A DNA stretch of 49,226 bases from Collodictyon triciliatum (taxonomy: Eukaryota), in assembly GCA_043381765.1 (NCBI GenBank), contig JBHJMP010000678.1, positions 1 to 49,226 on the forward strand, given 5' to 3'. A model generated the notes under the pieces. It was given only the letters and a program-made list of their open reading frames with translations, made no database searches and was not told the origin of the DNA. Each line of letters opens with the position of its first letter. Positions within the stretch are counted from its first letter, which is position 1. This document shows positions 37,401-49,226 of this stretch, piece after piece. The position numbers and the translations under genes are program-made.

Positions 37401-40014
37401 AATATTATATATTACACACAACCTATGCCAACCACTACCTAATATTGTTAGGAGAACGCGCCTGCAAAACTCCAGTTCAGCACCAGCTTCATTGTTTCAT
37501 TTATTCATTTTTGACATCACACAGCTTTATTTAAAAATCAACCTATATATTTTTTTTCCTTTATTCGATTCAAAGTGTAGCGAGGTTATGCCTAAAAAAA
37601 AATCAACCTATATATAATATCTTGGAACTAACAATAATTCTTCATCCAAAGCCGATCGCCTCATATTGAAGAACAAAAGTTTCAACCCGTGTGGATACAA
37701 GCACACTATTCCACAAACAAACCCAGAAAATACTACTTGACAGAATCAACAGATGAGTGGCTGGGTTTGTGATGATACAGTCTGCATAGCATGTTATTTT
37801 AATTCCATTACTGTGAATGTCATTTAAGTAATGAAGGTACTGACATTATCTCTGCTTAGTTCACATGGCCCAATCAAACCCAGAAATAACACCGCAAGCC
37901 CTGGAACTAGGACAGAAACTTCTTATGTCTAAGGATTTGTTCATTCATGTAATTATCAAAAAAAAAAAATTCCACCTCGTACATATTCCCACAAAGCATA
38001 CGGGAACCATTTGTTGGTATATTTTAAAATATAAATCAAAACTAACAGAAAAAGTACCTTTCGTGGATGTATGTTGCAGACTCTGTATTTCATACATTCT
38101 TTAAGTTATTGGAACCAGAAAACAGAGAGGTTATATAGTTCTTGACATTAAACCATGCTCCAACTTTGAAAATAACTTCAATATCTTTCAGAAAGTTCAT
38201 GTGTTAAATATGATTTCCATATAAATTCTTCGTTACCTTTTAAATAATAGCTAGCGGAGTTTGTATCTCAGTTTGTGCACGTGTATTATGATATATGCAT
38301 CTTCTATTTGAACCAAGGTTTGCTTCTAATCCAAAAATACATAAGTGAATCGGATGTCATAAATTAAAATAAATGATATCTATCGAAGCTATCAGTTCTA
38401 ATTGGTGAATGTGTTATATAAAGGGAACTACGATTCGTGCGTCAGCATTTTAAAAAGGGTTGATGTTATGCTGGGACATGATAGCGATTCCCACCTCCAT
38501 GAGTTGAAATACATTACATTGAATGCGCACGCCCACATTCTTTTTCTGTAATGACTCTCCACATGATATTATCTCTCCGTATAACCATAGCCGTAGTGAT
38601 CAAACATCTATATAATGTCGATATTGATAGATAATCTTAAACAGAAAAGAGAAATATTCAAGCAGTTTGAACCACTTGAAAAGGGCACTAAAATTAATAA
38701 AGGACAAGGTTTTTCTGAAATTTAGGCATATTTCATGCAGTAATTACATTCATTCATTCATTCGTAGTATATTGATTTCAATTTAATCACATATTATATC
38801 TCTTTCAAACAGAATCCCTTAAAATTATTCGAAACGTATATGAGAATGTCGTGTGTGTTAATCAAAATGCAAAAGTAGGGTTTAGAAGACTTTTTTATCC
38901 TTTTTTTAACCCTCTTTCCTTTTATCTTTTATCTTTTATCTTTTATCTTTTATCTTTTATCTTTTATCTTTTATCTTTTATCTTTTATCTTTTATCTTTT
39001 ATCTTTTATCTTTTATCTTTTATCTTTTATCTTTAAAAGAATATGTAGAGTGATATTCTTTTGATCATTTTCATTCGTTGTAGTTACACTGCTTCATTAA
39101 AGTTTCTCACTGGCGCTCGTCTTTCCTCCGACGTGTTTTGCAATGACGGTGAATTTGAATAAGTTTACCATTCTAGAAATTGATTTATGTATGCATCATG
39201 CGCATAAATATATTGGATTTTTTTTCAACGCTATTTCATTCTTTTAGAAACTTTCCTGAGACCCACCGAACCCCACCCAAACTCTATTGACATCGTTGAA
39301 ACAAAGATGTCTATCGAAGAATGCCTTGTAGCGTTGAATTATAACTCGGCCCTATTATACGTAAGGAGAGCAATTTTTTCATTCCACGTCGTGAATTATT
39401 TGAGTTTTTTTTCTTAGAGCACAACACAGCTTCTTTTTTTAAAATAAATAAATAAATAAATAAATATGTATAGATGTATTTTTATCCATCCAAATTTATA
39501 ATAACAACTGACAGATATGACAGGGAATATTTTGGGATTGATATTATATCTTTAATATAGTTCTGTCTTCGAGATTTGGTGATGTCCCGCAAGATACTGG
39601 ATACATTTCTCCACGTGCCATCGGTTGATATGAAGCATTTTATTGCTCCTCACATTCTACATTTTTTACTATGAAACTAAATCATCTGACAAGGATATCT
39701 GTCCTATCCCAGGATTCAGAGAAGACGAATTCACATCAACATCTTGTGCGGCTAGCAGAGAATCTTAGCAAGAGATTACGTGTATTACTGAAGAGACTAT
39801 CCTTTATTTTTACATTATGCATCGTGATATAATACTATTTTCTACTTTGTATACTGTCCCCAACTCAACTTACCCCATTTCTTCAACTTTTTTTTTTGGT
39901 CATGTGTCATGACCATAGGAGTTGGAGACTCAGTCGACCATGCCACATTCTTCAGATGATAACCACGAACCAGTGGAACTCACCCAACGAGGATTTTGGT
40001 CGTCTAGAAACTAA
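34450..40014 (+). CDS. Coiled-coil plus TPR-like protein B, paralogue of the TPR region of protein A
   Basis: About 23 exons in frame. KKYLSWMYVADSVFHTFFKLLEPENRE aligns with QKYISWIHTADAVLHSFFRLIQPTDRE of gene A. TAA at 40012-40014; the gene could instead extend to an exon at 40446-40720. Confidence 0.75.
34497..34600. repeat. (TTTTCTTC)n in the first intron of gene B
   Basis: Directly visible. Confidence 0.9.
38920..39034. repeat. (TTTTATC)n heptamer repeat, intronic
   Basis: About 16 perfect units. Confidence 0.95.
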
Positions 40015-41662
40015 GCACAATCGTGTACCATGGTACTCAGAAATCAATAATATTACCCTACCAAGGATTATCTGAGCTGGCAATCTCTTGTACAAATATA
40101 TTCACTTTGCTTCTCCGACACTGCCAGCCACCAACACGCCCACACGTCTACAAGAAATGATAAGAAAAGGGAGAGAATGGAAGGCCGTCCTTGTATCAGA
40201 TTATACCGCACATAGACGCCAATAGCACAAATGGATTTTTATGGATGACAACGTCGTATTCCCTTTCTTGTTTACCTCTTTTTCGCCCTCAAATCTCATC
40301 CAATGCCGAATCCTACTGCGCGGATAACTATTATATTCCCCTTTTCTCACCCTTTCTCTCTCTCCCCATTCCTCTTCCTCTTCCTCTCTTTCTCCCTCTT
40401 CCTCGACCATGCAACTGTCACATGTACCTCTATAAATCGATATAGAAACTCTCATCAATCCGCATAGGCCATCCCTGCAACCGCGCCCTTTGCGCTGCAA
40501 AAGAAGCCAGGCAGCCGAGAAGTCAGGACTTTTGGGATGGGAACTGCGGTATTCACAAAAGTCCTCAACATTCAGTGAATCGAATCCTAAAGATGGCAGA
40601 CCTTCCAGATTTGGGCAATTTGACATGTGGCCGGAGGCATGTTCCACACCACAGACCAACACAATTTGGATACAGGTTGGACACACGGAACAGGAGAAAG
40701 AGGTTGAAATTGTGGTGTGAGTCTCGAAACTCACATGTTGCAGAGTTGTGTCTTTTTTTTTTTTCCTTCATTTTCTTATCTTTTTATAGAGAGGCCTTTT
40801 GATAAGAGATAAAATAAAATGTACTATCGTGTGAATCGGTATTCTTTCTGTCCTTATTATTATTATTATTTTTTTATTATTATTATTATTGTTTAATTGA
40901 ATTCGATTGGATATTTGTTAAGTTCCTATTTCTGTTGTGGTTGTTTTATTCATGTATTTATTTGTGCGTGCGGTGGAAACAAAACGAACCGGTTTTCTTT
41001 GGTTGTTTTTCTGCCGTGCCGTTCCGTTCCGTTCGATTCAGTTTAGTTCCGTTCGATTCAGTTCGGTTCTATTTTGACGAGATTTTATTCAGACGAAATA
41101 CATGTTTGATACGTCTCTATGATTCCTGACCTGCTTGCTTGTCTTTATCTTCTTCGCTGCTCAAGCAATGCTTGGAAGAAAACAAACCCACATGAGATGG
41201 AGCGAAGGTTAAAGAAAGAAGAAAGAAAAAAAAAAGGAAAAGAAGCGAAGCTAGGTTTTGTTTGTTTGAGCTCAGCACATTCTGCAATGCCCTTCCTGTT
41301 TTTCTATCAAGCACAGCGAACTAACCAAACCAAAACGAAGTGAGACGAAACAGAAGATTATCGGAAGCGCAGCGGATAATGAATGTAAAATAATGTTAGT
41401 GATTAGTAGATAGAATATGTATACACGGATGCTAAAACTGCTATATTCGCAACTGAACAGCTTCTGTCTAGCATAAATGAATATGACGAAAACGCGTATA
41501 TTTACCGTCATAGGACAAGAAAAATAAACAAAATCTAGATATAAACACGAAAGCAACGCCTCCTTCAAAATCGCCCTGTTCATCTATCTTATAAAATACC
41601 TGCTTTTTCCCTAATAAAAAATCAACAACAACAACCATCACAGCACATAGGAAACCCGACAA

Positions 41663-42706
41663 ATGCAGCCATTCCAGCAGACACAAAGCCTCCCACCAAA
41701 ACGCTCTGTAGGTTGGACACAGCAGGAGGATCAACTATTGATGGAAGCTGTGCAATCACAGCTATCAAACCGATCACAGTCATCACAACCACATTCGCCA
41801 GGGCCAATCACACCCACTTCCACCGCCATCACAACACCAACGTCATCATCATTCCCATCACAGACGCTATATTCACAATCTTTGGAATTCTCTGCTTTTC
41901 AAACAGGAACGCCATCGACACCATCACCATCTCAGTCGTTGGCGTCATATTCACAATCACAGTCACAATCATCACAGTCACAATCACAATCACAATCACA
42001 ATCTTACCGAGCTCCATCCATCTCGTGGAGCGCCGTTTCCGCACACATCTCGCAGGCTTCCCAGCACCGCTTCACACGGACATCCAAGCAGTGTGCCCAG
42101 CGATGGTTGCGTGTGTTGGACCCAAAGATTTCGCGCCTTGCTTGGACATCCGATGAAGACGCCATTCTGCATCAGACTGTCGACCGCTACGGCGTTTCCT
42201 GCTGGAGTCGGGTGGCTCTTCGCCTGCCCGGACGAACAGACATTCAGTGCCGCAGTCGTTGGCTGCATCTTTGCCAGACCGAGCGCGACCGCATGGCTGC
42301 CCAGTCGCAGATGCTTCAGACATATCGGCCCAGTCAATCTCACTCTCTTCAATCGCAAACGCTCCAGTACAGTCAATCACAATCACAATCACAATCACAA
42401 TCACAATCCCAGTCGCAGCCTTTTCAGCCTCAAGATTACAAACCCAGTCGATCACAGCTTGCGACCGATGCACCAACCTCGCTTGTCTCCTCTGCTATGT
42501 CTGCATCTACTTCTTCGTCTTCGTCGTCGTCTTCTGCTTCGCTCTTGCTACTTCGTCCGGCTTCTTTGAGTCGCGTGTCCATTCAGAATCTCCTCAATGC
42601 GGATGAGCAGGGGCAAACAGCAAGCTCGCATGTTGATGCAGGTACGGGCGGAAGTTTGCAGCAGGAGCTTCAAAAGCGAAAGAGGCGGTCGGATGGCTCA
42701 TATTAG
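41663..42706 (+). CDS. Intronless two-repeat Myb transcription factor, S/Q-rich
   Basis: 347-aa ORF: GWTQQEDQLL...ISWSAVS...RTSKQCAQRWLRVLDPKISRLAWTSDEDAILHQTVDRYGVSCWSRVALRLPGRTDIQCRSRW; C-terminal KRKRR; TAG stop. Confidence 0.92.
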   Translation: MQPFQQTQSLPPKRSVGWTQQEDQLLMEAVQSQLSNRSQSSQPHSPGPITPTSTAITTPTSSSFPSQTLYSQSLEFSAFQTGTPSTPSPSQSLASYSQSQSQSSQSQSQSQSQSYRAPSISWSAVSAHISQASQHRFTRTSKQCAQRWLRVLDPKISRLAWTSDEDAILHQTVDRYGVSCWSRVALRLPGRTDIQCRSRWLHLCQTERDRMAAQSQMLQTYRPSQSHSLQSQTLQYSQSQSQSQSQSQSQSQPFQPQDYKPSRSQLATDAPTSLVSSAMSASTSSSSSSSSASLLLLRPASLSRVSIQNLLNADEQGQTASSHVDAGTGGSLQQELQKRKRRSDGSY

Positions 42707-42781
42707 GCCGTGGGGTGGTTCATCTTTGTGCATCGCTGTAAGTAGCTCACAGTTTTTGCCTGAGTCGACAAGTCTCTTTCC

Positions 42782-42815
<34 letters not shown>

Positions 42816-44050
42816 GTATGTGAACGCTTTAAAATGAAATTTTATTATCAAATACAGTCGTATATATAACCCATCCTATTCCATCCAGTTTTCCCCTTTT
42901 TTATCTTTATATTTATCTTATTTTTTCAGTGCTCGGTTTGCGTTGTTTTGTTTTTTTTTTTTGAAAGAAACGGTAAATTACCCCTATCAGATTCTACGTT
43001 CCCAATACTCGGCCCGCCTTCTTGTCATCCTAATTTGTCCTGCTTCAAGAGAAAATAATTTTCCAAAAAGAAGGGCAAAAAGCGGAGATTTATATCTATT
43101 TTTATAACGAATTCCTTTCTTCATTCATTTTATCACGGTTTTTTTGAGTCTATTATCTATCTTTTTGTTGTTATTGTTATGTTTTTTCTTTTATCATTAA
43201 TAATATTTATATACATCACCCCATCTCCAAAGTGTCGCTCACCCCTATTTGTGAGGCAGTTTTTTCGAGGAAATCGCATGGGTGGATTTCCTTGCTTATT
43301 TGAACTTGCCATTCGACACATCGCTTTCAATCATTTTATATATTGGCATGAAATTATTTTGGGCAATAGAATAATTTCACTTCGTTTATATATACATGCT
43401 TTTATTTTTTCTTCTTTTTTTCTCTACAAGAGGCCTTTTTTCCTTGAGTTTTTCCTTGGTCATTTGATTCTTTTGATGTTGCCCTTTCCCGAATATTTGC
43501 TCTTTATATTGCCCCATTTGCCCAATGAATAAAAACTAATTTGCGTTCACGAAACTAAATGCCATGCTGGTGCATCAAACAAGATTGGGTTTATAATCTC
43601 ACACGAACACAACTCCTGATATTAATTTATTCTTTATATAATAAGATGACTTTCTTTAGAAAAAAAATAGTGATGATGGTAATGAATTAAATTAGCGCAG
43701 GTTTTTCACAGCATATTTTTTTCTTTACAAGCATTGCTTCAGTCGGGTATTCATTCTCGATTTTATTGTATAGATAAGATGATAACCGAAATCACAAACG
43801 AAGAAAATATGCGATGTGGTGCGCGAATTGGATTAAAGGGTTGAAGGCGACGCAGAGCGCAAAGAGAGAGAGGATTTTCAGGCAAGTGAGATGACACCCA
43901 CCATTATCTCCAGAGGCCTTCTGATGAATTCTCGTCTCCTTTTTCCTTTTTTTCCTTTTTTTTTTCCTTTTTTTTCCTTTTTTTCCTTTTTTTTCCTTTT
44001 TTTTCCTTTTTTTTTCCTTTTTTTTTTCTCCTTTTCCGAGATAGTGGGAA

Positions 44051-44266
44051 TCACTGCTCCACCTCAGCCGGTTCTTCGGTGATTTCTTCGATAGTGAATT
44101 GTGGTTGTAATTCTTCGCGTTCATCCATGTCGTGCACTAGAGGGAATTTTAATACTTTTGTTATATTTCTCCTTTCCTAATATTTCGAGGGCTGAATTTT
44201 ATGTACGTTCGTTTTTTAATTTAATTTTTTTTCATTTCTTGTTTCTCTTTGCGAGTATTTGTAAGG

Positions 44267-44308
<42 letters not shown>

Positions 44309-47300
44309 CATATATATGAATATTGTCCTCTTACTTTCGACTTTCTCGTATCCTTTGGTTGGTAAGACACGGGGAAGAGATGGGGTGATGGAGGGTTCCT
44401 ATTTTTCACGACAATTATCGGTGTTTGAACGGAATGAATTAAATAATAATAATTATAATAATAATAATATAAATTTAACCATAATCATAAAATGTAAAAG
44501 GGCTGTCTTATCTAATGAATCCAGTTGCACAAAAAAGAAAAGAAAAAAAAGACAATACAGTACAGTACATTGGTAATTATTATTTTGTAATGAAACTGAA
44601 ACCTCGCCCAGCATGAAGAACCATACAAAGAGAACCCCCACACCAGAAAGAATCATCAGAACGAATCCAATCACCCTGAATACACATAATTAGACTAGAA
44701 CATTGCAGAAAGACGAGAAAAGAATCCCAAAACTATGACTTCCTTCCTTCTTTTCCCTTCTTTTTTTATGTCTTGGCATTTTCTTTAGTTGTTGTTGCAG
44801 CCAATATTAGCTGATGTTAACTGACAACCCCCGAGATAAACTACAGCAGAAATGGATACATATGTATACCAAAAAAAAAAAATGAGGAGTGAGAAGAAAG
44901 ATAAAAGGACATACCATTTACTCCCATCGTCGGCAAACAAATCGGCCATCACAAGTGCGACAATAGACATGAGCTTGAGGAGGATGTTGAGAGACGGGCC
45001 GGACGTGTCCTTGAACGGGTCTCCTACTGTATCGCCAGCGACGAGTGCCTTGTGCGTTTCAGAGCCTTTGCCGCCGTATTCACCGCTCTCGCAAAACTTC
45101 TTTGCATTGTCCCACGCCCCTCCCGCATTGGCCATCACGACAGCAAGGAGAAATCCAGACACAATCGAGCCAACCAGCATCCCGGTCAGTGTGATGGACC
45201 CGAAGCCAAACCCGATTACGCAGGGCGAAATCACAGCCAACAACCCGGGAAGAAGCATTTCGCGAAGAGCAGAGGTGGTGCTGATGTCCACGCACCGTGC
45301 ATAGTCGGCTTTGGCACCCGGCAGCCCTTCTTTGAGCCCTTCAATCTCGGCAAACTGGCGCCGGATTTCTTGGATGATTTGCTGGGCAGCTTTCCCGACT
45401 GCAGTCATGGTCAGGGAGGCAAACAGGAACGGCAGGACGGCTCCGATAAGGAGACTGTGAGCGCATGGGCAGAAAGTATTGGTGGTATTTGGTTTAGTTA
45501 GGTTATGCGATAGTGGTGATGATGGTGATGGTGATGGTGATGGTGATGGTGATGGTGATGGTGATGGTGATGATGGTGTGTTTGAGAAAAGGATATGGAA
45601 GGCATACCCAAGGATAACATTTATATTCTGTACAATATCGATTTCGACATCTTCAAGACCAGCAGCCTGGCGTGGATAATACAGATGGTTGATTAGTGGT
45701 TAAAAGAAAAAAGGGGGAAATTGAAGGAAATGGAAAATTACAAACAATTTATTCCAGCTTAGACTGTATTATTTTTCTTTTTTCTTTTTTCTTTTTTCTT
45801 CTGAAAAATCTGAACTACATAGATTGTTTGTCATTCATTAATATTAAAAGAAAAAAATTTTTTTAAAAAAAAAACGAGGTGAGAGTATCCTTTTGGTGTG
45901 AATCTTTCGCTTTCATTAATTTACAGTCTGTCAAACATTCATGCAATCCCTCTATGCACCCAAGTGTCTATAAAAGTCCTCGCAGGTATGCAAGTGTTTA
46001 CCTTTGTGAACGCCTTCATCAAGGCAATTGCCGTCAAAACTGCAGAGCCGATGGCGAACCCTTTCCCAGTGGCCGCAGTGGTATTTCCCAGCGCATCGAG
46101 GGCGTCCGTCCTCTGTCGGACCCGCGGGTCCAACTCGGCCATTTCTGCGATTCCACCAGCATTGTCTGCAACTGGGCCGTATGCGTCTGTGGCCAGTGTT
46201 ACGCCCAACGTGGATAGCATTCCAACAGGCGCAATCGCTGTGCCGAAATCTCCGTCCAGCGCATCGCATACCAGAATCGTGATGACGAGAATCACAGCTG
46301 AAGGAACTGCACTCCACATGCCCACAGCGAGTCCCTGGATAATCACAGTAGCTGGGCCAGTTCGACCGGCCTGCGCGATGGACTGTGTGGGCCAGTATGC
46401 AAACGATGTTGTAAACTCGGTAAAGTATCCAATCAGAATTCCTACGTCACACATAAGAGGATTAAATGAACGAAGAATAATATGGAGTTGACTTCAGAAA
46501 AGTTAACTAGAAATACGGGAATATACAGTTCGGCTGCTATCAAAAGATATGATAAAGTAGGAATTAGATGTCAAAAGTAAAGGATAAGTGCATGAGTTTA
46601 TGGTGCCCAGACAGGATTTTGATGAGGGAAATAAATAAATTAGATGGTTAAGTCATGAACAAACCGGAAACAAGCCCTGTGACTATGCAGAAGTATGTTT
46701 CCACGCCAAAGTGAAGCGATGATACAATTGGATAGCCCAAAACTGAAAAAAACGAAAGTAAGTCGTAATTAGTTTCTATAAAATCTTTCAGAGAAAAACT
46801 TTTTATCGAACGTGACAAGCAATTGCAGCAGGAAGATTACGCAATCATCTCTTAAGAGTCCGAAATCACACCCAAGAGAGTCAAAAAAAAAATCCATTTA
46901 ATTTAATTTGTATATGGCCGATAGACGAGCGAGAAAATAAAGATACACATACCAATCACGATTGCGGAGGAAACGATGACCCCGAGTCTCATGGCGAACA
47001 AAAGGTCGTTTTGGGAGGCATTCTCCTTTGTGCGAACAAAAAGCGAGCCGATTAAAGAGGCGAGGATTCCCAGGCCACAAATCCAGAAAGGGAGGGCAAT
47101 GGCTTCAGTGCTGTTTTCTTTTTCCACGGAACCAATGGAAGCAGCGGCAATGACACAGCCGACATATGATTCAAACAAATCTGCACCCATTCCAGCAACA
47201 TCACCGACATTGTCACCGACGTTATCAGCTATAACACCCTGTTTTATATTATTTTTTTCAATCATAATGACACCCAAACGATTACAAATGAAAGTAATTC

Positions 47301-49079
47301 TTTTTGGCAAGGATTATGAGGCACATTAGAAAGACGCCAATATGGAAATGTGCTTATGTATGCATCTAATTGTATTCATCATTGCGATAGTGACGATTAT
47401 GGTGATTTTTACAGGATTGCGTGGGTCATCTTCTGGAATGCCAGCCTCAACTTTTCCAACAAGGTCGGAGCCAACGTCGGCTGCCTTTGTATATATTCCA
47501 CCCCCGACTCGCGCAAACAGAGCAATGGACGACGCACCCATTCCAAAACCTGCGAGCTGCTCTGTGTTTTCGATGGCAAGGTATGTAAATGATAGAGACA
47601 CAATCCCAAATCCAACCTGGATGTATTTGAATGTTATTAACAAATGAAAAAAATAATTGTGACACCGAGAAGGAAAAAGGCAAGTGTCCTTTTGAAATGC
47701 TAACTAATTTTAATACTGGTGGTCGAGTGAGTTATGATGTGATGATATTAAAAAAAAAAAAGGATAGTCTAGAATAGAGCCGCACCACAGAGAAGCCCAT
47801 GACGGAACCGGAGCGGAAGGCAACGCGCAATGCAGGATTCAGTCCAACTTCAGCCGCTACAGGAGTTAATTCAAAGTAAAGTTGAGCAACATTTTAGAAG
47901 AAAAAATATGTGGTTGTGCAGAGAACCTGTATTTGCATAGGTTTGATTGATTCAGTTGTAAACCCCTTTTCTTTTTTCTTTTTCTTTTTTTCTTTTTCTT
48001 CTTTTTCTTTTTCTTTTTCTTTTTCTTTTTCTTTTTCTTTTTCTTTTTCTTTTTCTTTTTCTTCTTTTTCTTTTTCTTTTTCTTTTTCTTTTTCTTTTTC
48101 TTTTTCTTTTTCTTTTTCTAATTCTAATTCTAATTCTAATTCTAATTCTAATTCTAATTCTAATTCTAATTCTAATTCTAATTCTAATTCTAATTCTAAT
48201 TCTAATTCTAATTCTAATTCTGGTGTAAAGGTGCCTTTTCTAACCCATTGAAAAAAAAACATTTGTGGACTTCAGTATCATCATGTATAATAGGATACAA
48301 TACGAACCAGCCGCAGTTCGGACGTTGGCTCGGACGGCCATGAACATGCCCAGAAACCCGGTCAAAGAAGAAACAAAGGCGCCCACAAGAAAGCACCCCG
48401 CTACCATCAAGGAGAGCGAGGACAAATGTAAGTGTGGAAAATTCGTATGTGTCGCTCTGAATCCACCGGAGAAAAAAGGAATGCATTTAAAATAAAATAA
48501 CGCATGAACAAAGAAAATCCTTGTGTATAATCAAAAGAAAAAGAAAAGATGCATATGAGTTTGCGATTGGACAGAAATGGACCATTTTGTTTTAAAGGAG
48601 AGTGTTAGATTTCTAATCCCAAAGTCAAAACAAAAATAAGTGATAGGCAAGATGAGCCAGATTTGTTGAAACAACAGTACCAGAAGTCTCCAAACAATAA
48701 AAAAAAATATCAAATAAAAAACTAATTAATTAATTATAGATAAATAGATACAAATATATAAAAGAAAAGAAAGAAATAGAAATAGAAATAGAATCTAAAT
48801 AGAAATGAATCCCATACCTGTGGGTCCGTCCACCACTGCCGCAAGGATCACACTCGTGACCACCACAAAGACGCCGATGTAAGTGTATTCTCGCTTGAGG
48901 AATGCACGGGCGCCAATCTGAATCGACTTTGCGATCTCTTGCATTTTTGCGCTTCCGCACGGCTCACGCAACACAAGGATTCCCAGGACAAGCGCACTCA
49001 CGAGTCCCACAAAGCCCCCGGCAAGACCCACAGACACAATGTCCTGGCTGCTCAGCTCGTGCGGCTCTTCTGTGCTCAT
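44051..49079 (-). CDS. hppA: Membrane-integral cation-translocating pyrophosphatase, K+-dependent, Na+-PPase-type signature, about 12 exons
   Basis: [123 protein letters not shown]. All junctions are GT-AG and in frame. The exact 3' end (TGA at 44051) is less certain. Confidence 0.95.
45512..45577. repeat. (GATGGT)n intronic microsatellite
   Basis: Directly visible. Confidence 0.95.
47966..48220. repeat. Compound hexamer repeat (TTTTTC)n followed by (TAATTC)n in PPase intron 2
   Basis: Directly visible. Confidence 0.95.
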
Positions 49080-49128
49080 CCTTGGCGTCTCTTTCTCTCT
49101 CTCTCTCCCTCTCCTTTCCTTGTTTGCA

Positions 49129-49226
49129 TTTGTTGATTTGTTGATTTGTTGATTTGTTGATTTGTTGATTTGTTGATTTGTTGATTTGTTGATTTGTTGA
49201 TTTGTTGATTTGTTGATTTGTTGATT
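49129..49226. repeat. (TTTGTTGA)n octamer repeat upstream of the PPase ATG
   Basis: About 12 perfect units running to the window end. Confidence 0.95.

Noticed and set aside
40201-40734. Minus-strand 177-aa ORF as a separate gene
   Set aside because: It has no ATG start or recognisable domain. The pyrimidine tract and acceptor at about 40340-40445 are on the plus strand, favouring a 3' exon or UTR of TPR gene B.
3091-49079. Genome-wide stop-codon reassignment (UGA=Trp or UAR=Gln)
   Set aside because: The well-resolved genes (cyclase A, both Myb genes, NHL, TPR genes, PPase) splice without in-frame stops, use TGG at every Trp checked, and end in ordinary stops.
49129-49226. (TTTGTTGA)n as a telomere
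   Set aside because: It has no G-run typical of telomeric units, lies about 50 bp from a start codon, and resembles the other local microsatellites.
1-49226. Transposable or viral elements
   Set aside because: No transposase, reverse transcriptase, integrase or capsid-like ORF, and no terminal repeats were recognised by eye.

Overview
Draft-assembly window (three N gaps) from an AT-rich, intron-dense microbial eukaryote; the species cannot be identified from the sequence. Introns are short, mostly GT-AG with weak donors, with microexons and many microsatellites. Hand-spliced genes, left to right: CD2BP2/Lin1-like (-, partial); IFRD-like (-, runs into a gap); membrane class III cyclase-like gene A (-); Myb factor (-); coiled-coil/NHL protein (+); coiled-coil/TPR/EF-hand protein A (+); cyclase-like gene B (-); tRNA-Asp(GTC); a partial gene (+); an ambiguous small spliced locus (-); coiled-coil/TPR protein B (+); an intronless Myb factor (+); and a membrane pyrophosphatase (-). 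Four observations stand out. (1) The intron-containing pyrophosphatase carries the residue signature of prokaryotic K+-dependent Na+-pumping PPases. (2) Both cyclase paralogues have intact frames through their catalytic regions but lack a complete active site. (3) The cyclase-like(-)/TPR(+) pair occurs twice as an old local duplication with shared intron positions. (4) One small locus has a stop-free frame plus an overlapping PH-domain-like frame interrupted only by UGA. All gene models and family calls were made by eye, without database searches.
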